Assembly: GCA_963662865.1 (NCBI GenBank) | Contig: OY759969.1 | Span: 1,583,891-1,647,890, forward strand | Origin: Gammaproteobacteria bacterium | GTDB lineage: Bacteria; Pseudomonadota; Gammaproteobacteria; JAJDYQ01 | Direction: 5' to 3' | DNA length: 64,000 nt | Shown: positions 44,220 to 54,321 of the stretch, piece by piece | Numbering within the stretch: the first letter of the stretch is position 1 | Layout of the letters: every line of letters starts with the position of its first letter | Made by a program: the position numbers and the translations under genes | Notes under the pieces: model-generated | The model's input: only the letters and a program-made list of their open reading frames with translations | Told to the model about the DNA's origin: nothing | Database searches by the model: none

Positions 44220-44435
44220 ATGATCACCATTCAAAAAGAAGTTTACGATGCGTTCCTGGCCGCCGGTGTCCCGGAAGAGAAAGCGGATGCAGCAGCCCGA
44301 GCATTGGCCAGAAATCCCGATGACATGGCCACGAAAACCGACCTCGCCGAGCTTGAGGCACGCTTGACCTGGCGAATGGTGACTTTAACCGGACTGATAC
44401 TAACCGCCATCGCCGCCTTGGCCATCTTTAAATAA
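44220..44435 (+). CDS. DUF1640/CCDC90-like small protein (copy B)
   Basis: MITIQKEVYDAFLAAGVPEEKADAAA; MATKTDL neck; LEARLTWRMV plus TM ending LAIFK. Confidence 0.8.
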   Translation: MITIQKEVYDAFLAAGVPEEKADAAARALARNPDDMATKTDLAELEARLTWRMVTLTGLILTAIAALAIFK

Positions 44436-44579
44436 GAACAGGATGCCAGCCTCCGGCAATGGGGCAACTGCATGTGTCTGCCTGCTGCGGGCAGGCCGGC
44501 CCTGCCAGCTTTCCTGTGTCATCCCTTTTTTTATGCCGGCGATCACTTGAAGATCACCAATAATCCTACAACAGCAACG

Positions 44580-44666
44580 CCCATGCCGATCGCCCATAAA
44601 ATATGGCATGATCTCAATCTGCCTGGACGCGATAGTGTCTCTAATGTCGTCGTCGGTTAATATCAT
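44580..44666 (-). pseudogene. possible N-terminal fragment of a dCTP deaminase-like gene
   Basis: MILTDDDIRDTIASRQIEIMPY resembles the dCTP deaminase N-terminus; similarity ends after about 22 aa. Confidence 0.4.
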
Positions 44667-44941
44667 TCAAGCCCCTCCGAAGTCCCTGGATTTTTCACAA
44701 AAGTATCAAAGACAATATAGCAATAAAATTTAACCTCTCTTCCCTGACTAACCAAACGATGTTGATGGCATCCCCAAACTGGACCACAATGCGACCCAAC
44801 ATGGAAGCGGCAATGACACAGAAAGAACCAGGACGCCGGCGCCGCGCAAAGCACGACGGCAGCTCTAACGCGCCGGGAATCCCCGGCCGGCAACTGTTCC
44901 GGACCTCCGTGTCCCATCATGGGTAAATCGCAGAGGATAAT

Positions 44942-45523
44942 ATGATTGGCCTTCCGGATGACGTATTGGAGCGTATTCAGGCACTGCTGGAGCAGGCGGC
45001 AGATTTACCCGAGCCCCGGGCAATGTCGCTGGCGACGGTGGACGAGTCAGGCAAGCCGGTAGTCCGTACTGTATTGTTAAAGCATGTTGACCGACAAGGA
45101 TTAACGTTCTTTACCAATACGACCAGCAGAAAAGGACGACATATTGCCGCTAATCCTTTTGTGGCGCTTTGCATGTATTTCCAGGAATCTCACCAGCAGC
45201 TTCAGGTCGAAGGCCAGGTAGAGCAGCTTGCCGATGAACAGGCGGACAGCTACTGGTATTCACGGCCCAGAACCAGCCGCATCGGTGCCTGGGCATCGCG
45301 CCAGTCAACAGTACTGCAAGACCGGCAACAGTTGCTCGACCGTGTTACTCAATATGAGAAAAGGTTTGCCGATGCCGATGTCCCGCGTCCGCCGTTCTGG
45401 AGCGGTTATCGGGTCATTCCAAATGCCATTGAATTCTGGAAAGGACACCCCGACCGGCTAAATGAGCGCACCTGCTACCGATTAACGGGTGGTGAGTGGG
45501 TGAAGTTTTATCGTTATCCGTGA
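44942..45523 (+). CDS. pdxH: pyridoxamine 5'-phosphate oxidase
   Basis: AMSLAT, RTVLLK, FFTN..SRKG, SRIGAWAS.QS, PRPPFWSGY, IEFW.G...R. Confidence 0.95.
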   Translation: MIGLPDDVLERIQALLEQAADLPEPRAMSLATVDESGKPVVRTVLLKHVDRQGLTFFTNTTSRKGRHIAANPFVALCMYFQESHQQLQVEGQVEQLADEQADSYWYSRPRTSRIGAWASRQSTVLQDRQQLLDRVTQYEKRFADADVPRPPFWSGYRVIPNAIEFWKGHPDRLNERTCYRLTGGEWVKFYRYP

Positions 45524-45711
45524 ACCGCCTTTGATTCGGCGGCCTGACCCGATGCGTCTGGTTCAATCTGGATCCTGCTTTCTCAGGTACGTCACTCGCC
45601 AACCCGACTCTATAGCATGATCAGGTTCTGGGTTTATGCGCCGGGTCGTCCATCCTGAATGACATCTTTTTGTGCAATAGCCCCATCCATGGGACCGTTT
45701 GGAAGCCTCAT

Positions 45712-46068
45712 TCATGCCGCCACATACGTTGTTTTGAAAAACTCGATTGATGGTGAATACAGCGGTTTAGACTGACTCGAAGAATGTATTGGAGGCATCT
45801 TTTGGACATCCGGGTTCTTACTGCTGGACAATAGATACCTGACTCTAACTTCAGAAGAGGGCTGCTTTTTCAAAAAATGATCGATTGATCCGTGTTCTTC
45901 CAAATTACTTTGTAATGTAAGAGCCAGGCCAACAACAAAATTTTTCTTTGCTTCATCCTTTGTCTTTCCGCCGGCAACATAGTTAATATCCACTCCTTGG
46001 GCAATCCATCCGGGTCCGTCTTTTTCAATGAGGACGCGGAGCCTGGCAGAGATTTGATCTTTTTTCAT
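45712..46068 (-). CDS. HicB-like fold hypothetical protein
   Basis: LRVLIEKDGPGWIAQGVDINYVAGGKTKDEAKKNF resembles the HicB N-terminal domain; AT-rich. Confidence 0.55.
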   Translation of the reverse strand: MKKDQISARLRVLIEKDGPGWIAQGVDINYVAGGKTKDEAKKNFVVGLALTLQSNLEEHGSIDHFLKKQPSSEVRVRYLLSSSKNPDVQKMPPIHSSSQSKPLYSPSIEFFKTTYVAA

Positions 46069-46338
46069 AATCCCTATCCTCTTTTCAACTCCGACCGAAG
46101 TATGACAATACTATCAGGCGATACCAATCAATATTTTCAGGAATTGAAACCAAAAGTTGACAAAAATTCCAAACACTCTGGTAATTTGGATGGTGGAGAG
46201 CAGCTTCACCACTCGCTGCCGGGCAGGAGGCCTTTTTGCAAAATACAATAATGATATACGACGGGATGAGAGGCCAGGTCACAATAGCAAGGTTCTCATT
46301 ACCGAACCCAAAAGCCGGAATACAGTAAAATCCTTGCC

Positions 46339-48138
46339 CTATTCGTCATCTGCCGACGGCAAAGCAGTTCCGGCTTTACGTCGGCGCAGGCCAAGCTCCC
46401 GCAGTTGCCGGTCTCCGACCCCGGAGGGTGCCTGTGTTAGCGGACAACTGGCTGTCTGGGTTTTGGGAAACGCCATAACATCCCGGATTGAATCGGCGTC
46501 CGACATCAGCATCACCAGGCGGTCCAGGCCAAAGGCGATTCCGCCATGTGGCGGGCAACCATATTTCAGGGCATCCAGCAGAAAGCCGAACTTGTCACGA
46601 GCTTCATCTCCCCCAATCCCCAACAGGCCGAAAACCGCCTGCTGAATATCCTCCTTGTGAATGCGGATTGAACCGCCGCCTATTTCGCTACCGTTCAGCA
46701 CCATATCGTAGGCACGCGACAACATGGTTGCGGCATTGTCTTTAAGTTCTTCAGGAGACTGCGTTGCCGGGGCGGTGAACGGGTGATGCAGCGCCGTGAA
46801 ACGGCCCTCTTTGTCCCGCTCGAACATTGGGAAATCCACAATCCATACCGGTTTCCAGCCTTCCTCCATCAATCCCATGTCATGGCCAATCCTGACACGG
46901 ACAGCAGCCATGGATTCGTTCACGATATGCGCGTTTCCGGCACCAAAAAAGATCAGATCGTCATTTCCGGCGCCGACGCGTTCCGCCAGTTGGCTGATCA
47001 CCTCATCCGGCAGAAATTTCAGAATCGGTGATTGCAGGCCATCACGACCGGCAGCGACGTCATTGACCTTGATATAAGCCAACCCCCGGGCCCCGTAACG
47101 GCCCGCATAGGCCGTATATTCATCAATCTGCCGGCGGGTCAGCCTGTTCCCCCCAGGCACCTTAAGCGCAACGACACGCCCCTTCGGGTCCTGCGCGGGT
47201 TCCGAAAAGACCTTGAATTCAACATCCTTCATGATATCCGCCAGATCAACAAGCTGCAAAGGAACTCTCAGATCCGGGCAATCCACACCATACTTTTGCA
47301 GGGCTTCGGCATAACTCATGCGCGGGAACGGGTTCGGCAATTCCACATTCTGCACATCCCTGAACAACCGGCGGATCATTTCCTCCATAATCGACATAAT
47401 CTCTTCTTCATTCAGGAAGGAGGTCTCGATATCGAGCTGGGTAAATTCCGGCTGCCGGTCTGCACGCAGGTCCTCGTCACGGAAACAGCGGGCAATCTGA
47501 TAGTAACGGTCAAAACCCGACATCATCAATAATTGCTTGAATAACTGTGGAGACTGCGGCAGAGCAAAAACACTGCCGGGATGGGTGCGACTTGGCACCA
47601 GATAGTCACGCGCACCCTCAGGGGTCGCCCTGGTCAGTACCGGCGTTTCCATGTCGAGGAAGCCGCAGCCATCAAGAAAATTCCGCAGGTGGAGAACGAC
47701 TTTTGAGCGTAACAGCATACGCCGCTGCATCACGGGGCGGCGCAGGTCAACATAACGGTATCTGAGACGCACCTCCTCGCTGATATCGGAATCATCAAGC
47801 ATGAACGGCGGCGTCTCGGCGGCATTCAGGATTTCCAGTTCCCCGCACACCACCTCAATCCGGCCGCTGGCAAGACCTTCATTTACCGTACCCCGGGGGC
47901 GATGGCGAACCAGCCCCTTAACCCGAAGAACAAATTCATTACGCACACGCTCGGCATGCGCAAACGCCTGCCTGGTATCGGGGTCAACAACAATCTGCAG
48001 CAGACCTTCCCGATCCCGCAAGTCGATAAAAATCACGCCGCCATGGTCACGACGGCGATGAGACCAGCCAACCACTGCTACGGTTTGATTGATCAGGGAT
48101 TCATTTACCTCCCCGCAGTAATGAGTTCGCATACGCAT
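46339..48138 (-). CDS. aspS: aspartate--tRNA ligase (likely non-discriminating Asp/Asn type)
   Basis: [17 protein letters not shown] (His typical of non-discriminating enzymes), [23 protein letters not shown]. Confidence 0.98.
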   Translation of the reverse strand: MRMRTHYCGEVNESLINQTVAVVGWSHRRRDHGGVIFIDLRDREGLLQIVVDPDTRQAFAHAERVRNEFVLRVKGLVRHRPRGTVNEGLASGRIEVVCGELEILNAAETPPFMLDDSDISEEVRLRYRYVDLRRPVMQRRMLLRSKVVLHLRNFLDGCGFLDMETPVLTRATPEGARDYLVPSRTHPGSVFALPQSPQLFKQLLMMSGFDRYYQIARCFRDEDLRADRQPEFTQLDIETSFLNEEEIMSIMEEMIRRLFRDVQNVELPNPFPRMSYAEALQKYGVDCPDLRVPLQLVDLADIMKDVEFKVFSEPAQDPKGRVVALKVPGGNRLTRRQIDEYTAYAGRYGARGLAYIKVNDVAAGRDGLQSPILKFLPDEVISQLAERVGAGNDDLIFFGAGNAHIVNESMAAVRVRIGHDMGLMEEGWKPVWIVDFPMFERDKEGRFTALHHPFTAPATQSPEELKDNAATMLSRAYDMVLNGSEIGGGSIRIHKEDIQQAVFGLLGIGGDEARDKFGFLLDALKYGCPPHGGIAFGLDRLVMLMSDADSIRDVMAFPKTQTASCPLTQAPSGVGDRQLRELGLRRRKAGTALPSADDE

Positions 48139-48227
48139 TATCCGTTTTCAATGCCCATAAACGAGTAACGGACAGCGGAGCCGTCCGTTCAGGTCAGGCC
48201 GTATTTATCAGGACCCGGATCAGGCTG

Positions 48228-48587
48228 TCACTTCGCCACAGGACAGCAATCATCTGTTCCACAGGCGCTACCCTTGCCGCTCGCAGCACTCTTGCCGCCA
48301 TCCGCAGCACTCTTGCCACCGTCCGCAGCACTCTTGCCACCGTCCGCAGCACTCTTGCCACCGTCCGCAGCACTCCCTCCGCCATCTGAAACATTCTTCC
48401 GACCACCGGATTTGAAATCGGTCTCATACCAGCCGCCGCCCTTGAGACGAAATCCGGCTGCCGATACCAGCTTCCTTAGCTGCGACTCTTCGCATTCAGG
48501 ACAATCCATCAGCGGTACATCATTCACTTTCTGTATCGCCTCAAGCTTATGGCCACAGGCGACGCATTCATACTCATAAATCGGCAT
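48228..48587 (-). CDS. FmdB-family zinc-ribbon protein
   Basis: MPIYEYEC..CGH...CPEC...GFRLKGGGWYETDF; usual neighbour of aspS. Confidence 0.92.
   Translation of the reverse strand: MPIYEYECVACGHKLEAIQKVNDVPLMDCPECEESQLRKLVSAAGFRLKGGGWYETDFKSGGRKNVSDGGGSAADGGKSAADGGKSAADGGKSAADGGKSAASGKGSACGTDDCCPVAK
48282..48386. repeat. five 21-bp tandem units (ADGGKSA) in the FmdB tail
   Basis: CGCAGCACTCTTGCCACCGTC and variants in tandem. Confidence 0.9.
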
Positions 48588-48699
48588 GGTTCAACCCTCA
48601 AGAATCCGCCCCGAAACAATCCGGGAACCTTCAACATATCAGTACTCTATAATACTCAGGGAAATACGGCAAAGACGCAATATACCGGAGATTCTAACA

Positions 48700-49539
48700 A
48701 TGCCCCCGTACCCTGAAAATAAAACCATTTTAATCACCGGCTGTTCGACCGGCATCGGCCTGTGCATTGCCAACGGCCTGAACAACAGGGGCTATCGGGT
48801 GCTTGCGACTGCCAGAAATGCAGATGATGTCGAAATGCTGAAATTTCAAGGATTTGAGGCATTACAGCTCGATCTGGCAGATAGCACCTGCATACACAGC
48901 GCCGTCGATGAAGTCCTGCGTCGCACGGGAAACCGGCTGTTCGCCCTTTTTAATAATGGCGCTTACGGTCAGTTCGGTGCCGTCGAAGACCTAACCCGAG
49001 AAACTCTGCGCAGACAATTTGAAACCAATGTCTTTGGCTGGCATGAATTAACCCGCCGCGTCCTGCCTGTCATGCGGCAACAGGGATATGGCCGCATTAT
49101 CCAGAACAGTTCCGTACTGGGCCTTGTCGCACTCAAATATCGTGGTGCCTATAGCGCCAGCAAATTCGCCATTGAGGGCCTGACAGACACGTTAAGGCTC
49201 GAGTTTCGGGATACGGACATACACTTTGTGCTGGTGGAACCGGGCCCGATAACAAGCAACTTTCGACTCAACGCACTCAAGGCGTTCAGGGAAAATATCG
49301 ATCCGGACACAAGTCACCACGAAAAAGCCTATGCCCGTCTGGTCCAAAAGCTTGAACAGGAAGGCCCGGTTGTGCCTTTCACCCTACCTGCCGATGCCGT
49401 TCTCAGCAAGGTTATCAGGGCGCTGGAAGCGCAAAGGCCGAAAGCACGCTATTATGTAACGCTTCCTACCTATTTATTCGGCTATCTAAAACGAGTATTG
49501 CCGGTAAAGTGGATGGATCAGATACTTAAAAATTACTAA
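48700..49539 (+). CDS. short-chain dehydrogenase/reductase (YbbO-like)
   Basis: ITGCSTGIG, NNGAYG, YSASK. Confidence 0.92.
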   Translation: MPPYPENKTILITGCSTGIGLCIANGLNNRGYRVLATARNADDVEMLKFQGFEALQLDLADSTCIHSAVDEVLRRTGNRLFALFNNGAYGQFGAVEDLTRETLRRQFETNVFGWHELTRRVLPVMRQQGYGRIIQNSSVLGLVALKYRGAYSASKFAIEGLTDTLRLEFRDTDIHFVLVEPGPITSNFRLNALKAFRENIDPDTSHHEKAYARLVQKLEQEGPVVPFTLPADAVLSKVIRALEAQRPKARYYVTLPTYLFGYLKRVLPVKWMDQILKNY

Positions 49540-49554
49540 CTCTGCGGTTCCATC

Positions 49555-50505
49555 ATGAAAGTCATACTTGCCAATCCCCGTGGTTTTTGCGCCGGCGTAG
49601 ACCGAGCAATCGAAATTGTCGAACGTGCCCTTGAGGCTTTCGGCGCTCCGATCTATGTCCGCCATGAAGTCGTTCACAACAAATACGTTGTCAACCAGTT
49701 ACGCACCAAAGGAGCTATCTTTGTCGAGGAAGTCAACGAAATTCCGCAGGGGGCCACGGCAATTTTCAGCGCACACGGAGTCCCGCAACAAGTACGAGCC
49801 GATGCCAAAAGACGAAATCTCAGAATATTTGATGCGACCTGTCCACTGGTCACCAAGGTACATATGGAAGTCGCCCGGCATTCCAATGCCAACCAGGAAG
49901 TTATTCTTGTCGGTCATGCCGGACACCCTGAAGTGGAGGGCACACTCGGTCAATACAATAATCCCGATGGGGAGATCTATCTGGTCGGCCAGATAAAGGA
50001 AGTGGATCAGTTACAGGTAAAAAATCCCGCCAGTCTCCATTATGTTACTCAGACGACGCTTTCGCTCGATGATACCCGGGCTATTGTGACTGCCCTGCAA
50101 AACAGATTCCCAGAGATAAAAGGGCCGAAAAAAGACGACATTTGTTACGCCACACAAAATCGCCAGAACGCCGTCAATGGCCTCGTCAATGACTGCGACG
50201 TGATTATCGTTGTAGGTTCCCGCAACAGTTCCAACTCCAACCGCCTGCGCGAAATCGCTGCAAAAAGAAATACACCAGCTTATCTCATAGATGGGGCAGA
50301 CTGGCTGGACCCCGGGTGGCTGGAAGGCAAAACTACCATCGGAGTCACCGCTGGCGCCTCAGCTCCGGAAATTCTCGTCCGGCAGGTTATCAACAAACTT
50401 GGCGAGCTGGGTTACTCACTGGCGGAAGAATCAGGCGGAATCCAGGAAAATGTCGTATTCAACTTGCCGGCAGAATTAAGGAACCTGGGCACTTCCCGCA
50501 ACTGA
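49555..50505 (+). CDS. ispH: 4-hydroxy-3-methylbut-2-enyl diphosphate reductase
   Basis: [37 protein letters not shown]. Confidence 0.98.
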   Translation: MKVILANPRGFCAGVDRAIEIVERALEAFGAPIYVRHEVVHNKYVVNQLRTKGAIFVEEVNEIPQGATAIFSAHGVPQQVRADAKRRNLRIFDATCPLVTKVHMEVARHSNANQEVILVGHAGHPEVEGTLGQYNNPDGEIYLVGQIKEVDQLQVKNPASLHYVTQTTLSLDDTRAIVTALQNRFPEIKGPKKDDICYATQNRQNAVNGLVNDCDVIIVVGSRNSSNSNRLREIAAKRNTPAYLIDGADWLDPGWLEGKTTIGVTAGASAPEILVRQVINKLGELGYSLAEESGGIQENVVFNLPAELRNLGTSRN

Positions 50506-51590
50506 TGAGTTATGACGTCATTATCGTGGGCGCCGGAATCTCTGGCCTCCTGTCCGCCATTGAACTGGCAGGCTCCGGCCAGAAAGTCTGCATTATAGAA
50601 AAAACCCGGGTTGGCCAGGAATCATCCTGGGCCGGGGGCGGGATTCTCCTGCCCATTTATCCCTGGCATTATCCGGACCCCGTAAATGCCCTGGTTGAAT
50701 GGAGTCTGCACCATTACCCTGAATTCCTGACCACCCTTCATGCGGACACGGGCGTTGACCCGGAATGGCTCGCATGCGGACATTTAATACTGGATGCACA
50801 ACCGAATGCTACCGTCATTGAGCGCTGGTCCGGCCAGTTCCTTGTGGAAACAGAGTATGTATCCGGCGCAAGATTGAACCGGATCGAACCCGGACTCTCG
50901 AAGCAGCATATCAAAGCATTATGGGCCCCGAAAGTCGGACACGTCAGAAGCCCGCGCCTGCTGAAGGCGCTGGCAGTCAAAGCCGAGCAATTGAAGATCA
51001 ATATTCGGGAAAATACCGCTCTGACCGGCGTACAAACCAACGGCCGGACGGTGAAAGCAGTCAGGACATCAAGCGGTGACCATGCTGTAGGCTCCGTACT
51101 GATTACCGCCGGCGCATGGAGCGGTGATCTCGAACAATATGGATTGCCCCATGTGGCCGTGAGGCCGGTCAAGGGACAGATGATTCAACTGCAAACCAGC
51201 CCCGGTACCATCAAGACAATCACCTTATACAAGGATCACTACATCATACCCAGAAAGGACGGCAAAGTACTTGCGGGAAGCACCCTGGAACACTGCGGCT
51301 TTGATAAAACAACCAGCGAAGAAGTCGCGGAAACCCTCAGACAGCAAGCCATATCACTCTTCCCGGTGCTGGAATCCGCTCCGCTGATTAATCATTGGGC
51401 AGGGCTCAGACCGGGCAACGAGAGGCAAACGCCCTTGATAGGGCAGCATCCTGACTACAGCAACCTGTTCTACAATACAGGTCATTACCGAAATGGTATA
51501 GTCCTCGGCTTAGCATCTGCCAGGCTCTGTAGCGATATGGTGCTGGGGCGCCCGCCAATACTGACACCTGCCGACTACGCCTGGGAGTGA
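50505..51590 (+). CDS. thiO: glycine oxidase
   Basis: IVGAGISG, ESSWAGGGIL, PVKGQM, WAGLRP, GHYRNG; ATG overlaps the ispH stop. Confidence 0.88.
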   Translation: MSYDVIIVGAGISGLLSAIELAGSGQKVCIIEKTRVGQESSWAGGGILLPIYPWHYPDPVNALVEWSLHHYPEFLTTLHADTGVDPEWLACGHLILDAQPNATVIERWSGQFLVETEYVSGARLNRIEPGLSKQHIKALWAPKVGHVRSPRLLKALAVKAEQLKINIRENTALTGVQTNGRTVKAVRTSSGDHAVGSVLITAGAWSGDLEQYGLPHVAVRPVKGQMIQLQTSPGTIKTITLYKDHYIIPRKDGKVLAGSTLEHCGFDKTTSEEVAETLRQQAISLFPVLESAPLINHWAGLRPGNERQTPLIGQHPDYSNLFYNTGHYRNGIVLGLASARLCSDMVLGRPPILTPADYAWE

Positions 51591-51661
51591 GCCGGATCTA
51601 TCAGGAACAGCATGAGGTGCCCGACACGCCAGCGTGGCCTGGTTGCCAGAACAGCTCAACT

Positions 51662-51737
51662 GCCGGTGTAGCTCAGTTGGCAGAGCAGCGCATTCGTAAT
51701 GCGGAGGTCAGAGGTTCGACTCCTCTCACCGGCACCA
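51662..51737 (+). tRNA. tRNA-Thr (anticodon CGT)
   Basis: GCCGGTGTAGCTCAGTTGGCAGAGCAGCGCATTCGTAATGCGGAGGTCAGAGGTTCGACTCCTCTCACCGGCACCA. Confidence 0.97.
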
Positions 51738-51852
51738 TCTTTGCCATGGGTGGTTCCCGGAAATATATTTACAAAAGTCATATAATCAGCAGGGAAACCC
51801 TGAATGAATCAGAGTTTCCATAGATGCGTTCAATGTAAACAGAGAGAGGAAG

Positions 51853-52035
51853 ATGGAGAAAACAAAGCTGGAGATAGAAACAGAAAAAGTCTTCATGGAA
51901 ACCGTAAAACTCCATGGCGAAATCACATTGTTGCGCAAAAAAAAAATCAAATGGCATGAAATCACCATCATTGCCGGGATTTCCGCTGGATTGATGACAG
52001 CCGGTGCAGCCATTTTCAAACTGCTATTGGGCTAG
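51853..52035 (+). CDS. 60-aa coiled-coil plus C-terminal TM protein downstream of tRNA-Thr
   Basis: GAGG site; helical N-part, basic patch, TM ending AAIFKLLLG. Confidence 0.65.
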   Translation: MEKTKLEIETEKVFMETVKLHGEITLLRKKKIKWHEITIIAGISAGLMTAGAAIFKLLLG

Positions 52036-52104
52036 GAAGATAAAAAAAAGAAATCAACAGGAATTAATCCGACGATACTACAAACCGATCAGGATTCAGA
52101 GACA

Positions 52105-53667
52105 ATGTTCAGTGACCTTCATAAAACCATAGCCTCATTGCTGCTGGCGACCGTCATGCTGGCCTCCCATACAGCACTCGCCCAACAACCCGGTGCCCCT
52201 TCTGGCAGCTTGACAGATCATCCCGAACCCGTGTCGGCAAATACTGCCGGGGACACGCAGTCTGATCAGCCAACCGGTCGCAGCGGCATTACCAGCGACA
52301 TCGTGCTGTTACTGGATAATTCCGGCAGCATGAAGGCCAACGACCCGGATTTACTGATGGTAAAGGCAGTCAGGGAATTTATTGGCCAACTGGATTTCAA
52401 TACCCGTCTCGGCATTGTCATTTTCGACCAGAAGGTCAGGCTATCCTTTCCGCTGACCGAACTGTCCGACACAAGCCGGGCCGAGATGCTGGCCAGCCTT
52501 GAACAGATAGACTACAAGGGGCTGCATACCAACAGCCCGGACGGACTGGAGCGCGCCCTCTATGAATTGAAGCTGTATGCCCACGACGATATCGAGCGCT
52601 TCATCATCTTTCTAACGGACGGCATTGTGGACAGCGGCGACAAGCAAAAAGATGCCAGCAAGCTGGACTGGATGAGAAAGGAACTGGCCGCCGATGCCCA
52701 GAATAACAATATCAGGATTTTCGGTATTGCCTTTACCGACAGTGCGGATTTCCAACTTATACAGTCGCTGGCCCAGCAAACCGATGCGGAATACTACCGC
52801 GCATTCGCGGCCGATCAGCTATCTTCGGTCTTTGAACGCATACAAAATACCATTGCAGCAACGCATCAGGCCGCCGCCGAGGCGACCAAACCGATTCCGC
52901 CACCAATCGAACCCAGTTCAGCACCACCACCCAAACCGATTATCGTACAAATCCCCGAGCAAGCCGCCGGAACAGATACAAAGACACTATATCTTCTCTA
53001 CGGCATTGCCGGATTACTTGTTGTGGCCATCCTGGCCCTGCTGCTGCGTGGCCGCTCCGGTCCGACCCCATCTGCCACTCCGGGAGGCGCAGGGATGCCG
53101 CACGTCAAACTTGTTGATGTCTCCGGCATCACGAGTACAAGAGAACACCTCATTACCACCCCAGTCACCCAGATTGGCCGCATCATGGGCAAGCAGACAA
53201 CCGATGTCTCCCATATCGTCATCCCTGAAAAAAGCATCAGCCGCCATCATGCCGTTATTGAATACCGCAACCATGCATTCTGGTTAATGGACCAGGGCAG
53301 TGGCAACGGCACCAGGCTGAACGACGTCGAGTTGAAGGAAGAGAAACGGCTGAAACATGGCGACAGGCTGACATTCGGCAGCCTTGTATTCGAGTTCATC
53401 GAACCAAGCATGGAGCAGTCGGATGCGACTGTTGTACAGGTACCGGGCAATCAGGCGATAGCGGGCACAAGCCTTGATATGGAAGATACGGTATTAATGT
53501 CCTCAGAAGAGCCGGCCACCCCTGCGGATGACGGCGATATGGGTACCATGGACTTTGTGGTTGATTCCACGCCGGATAACCCGCCTGATGAAGAGGGTGA
53601 CGACATGACCCTGGCTGAGTTTGATCGTCTGTTTGCCGATATAGACGTGGAGGATAAAGAGAAATAA
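52105..53667 (+). CDS. membrane protein with extracytoplasmic vWA domain and cytoplasmic FHA domain
   Basis: Signal peptide; MIDAS DNSGS...T...LTDG; Pro linker; one TM; FHA motifs IGR...SRHH...D.GS.NGT; acidic tail. Confidence 0.88.
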   Translation: MFSDLHKTIASLLLATVMLASHTALAQQPGAPSGSLTDHPEPVSANTAGDTQSDQPTGRSGITSDIVLLLDNSGSMKANDPDLLMVKAVREFIGQLDFNTRLGIVIFDQKVRLSFPLTELSDTSRAEMLASLEQIDYKGLHTNSPDGLERALYELKLYAHDDIERFIIFLTDGIVDSGDKQKDASKLDWMRKELAADAQNNNIRIFGIAFTDSADFQLIQSLAQQTDAEYYRAFAADQLSSVFERIQNTIAATHQAAAEATKPIPPPIEPSSAPPPKPIIVQIPEQAAGTDTKTLYLLYGIAGLLVVAILALLLRGRSGPTPSATPGGAGMPHVKLVDVSGITSTREHLITTPVTQIGRIMGKQTTDVSHIVIPEKSISRHHAVIEYRNHAFWLMDQGSGNGTRLNDVELKEEKRLKHGDRLTFGSLVFEFIEPSMEQSDATVVQVPGNQAIAGTSLDMEDTVLMSSEEPATPADDGDMGTMDFVVDSTPDNPPDEEGDDMTLAEFDRLFADIDVEDKEK

Positions 53668-53851
53668 GATGGATTCATGCACGGGTCACGACTGACCGGC
53701 CCCTTATTATCGTAATACATTGACATCAGACGGGAATTCTCACATCCCTCGAATCAACTCCCCAATCATCCATCGCATGACACGTCAAATTGACATATGA
53801 TTAACATATACAACATCCACCACTACCGTATCTATCATTCAGGTACGAAAA

Positions 53852-54118
53852 ATGAGCAACATACAGATTTACGAAGCCTTCATCGAAGCAGGCGCAACCG
53901 AGAACAAAGCCAGAGTCGCGGCAGAAAGCCTGACTGAATACCGCAAAACAGATGAAGTAGCGACCAAAACGGATATAGCTGAAGTCAGAACAGAAATAGC
54001 TGAAGTCAGCGCGAAAATAGCTGAAGTCAGCGCGAAAATAGCCGGGCTCGAATCAAGACTAACCTGGCGAATGGTTATCATTGCCGGGATCATCATCGGC
54101 GTGATCAAATACCTGTAA
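53852..54118 (+). CDS. DUF1640/CCDC90-like small protein (copy C) with three 21-bp stalk units
   Basis: IYEAFIEAGATENKARVAAE; VATKTDI neck; IAEVRTE-IAEVSAK-IAEVSAK (53975-54037); LESRLTWRMV plus TM. Confidence 0.8.
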   Translation: MSNIQIYEAFIEAGATENKARVAAESLTEYRKTDEVATKTDIAEVRTEIAEVSAKIAEVSAKIAGLESRLTWRMVIIAGIIIGVIKYL

Positions 54119-54321
54119 AAGCCGCAGGCAACAAATAAATGTTGTTTTATTGCAACATCCATCCCAAAATAATGTTGTTCTTTCACAAAAAAATGCAAAA
54201 AAGTGTTGCATTTACCTCAAAGTTATAGAAATATAGCCTTCGCTGAGTGATCAGCAAGGGTTACGTAACCCCTGAAAACTATCTTTTAATCTGTTAGTTC
54301 CTTTAATTTGGGAGGAAAGTA

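Noticed and set aside
48282-48386. 21-bp tandem repeat as a mini-CRISPR or novel element
   Set aside because: No spacers; it is an in-frame low-complexity tail, common in FmdB proteins.
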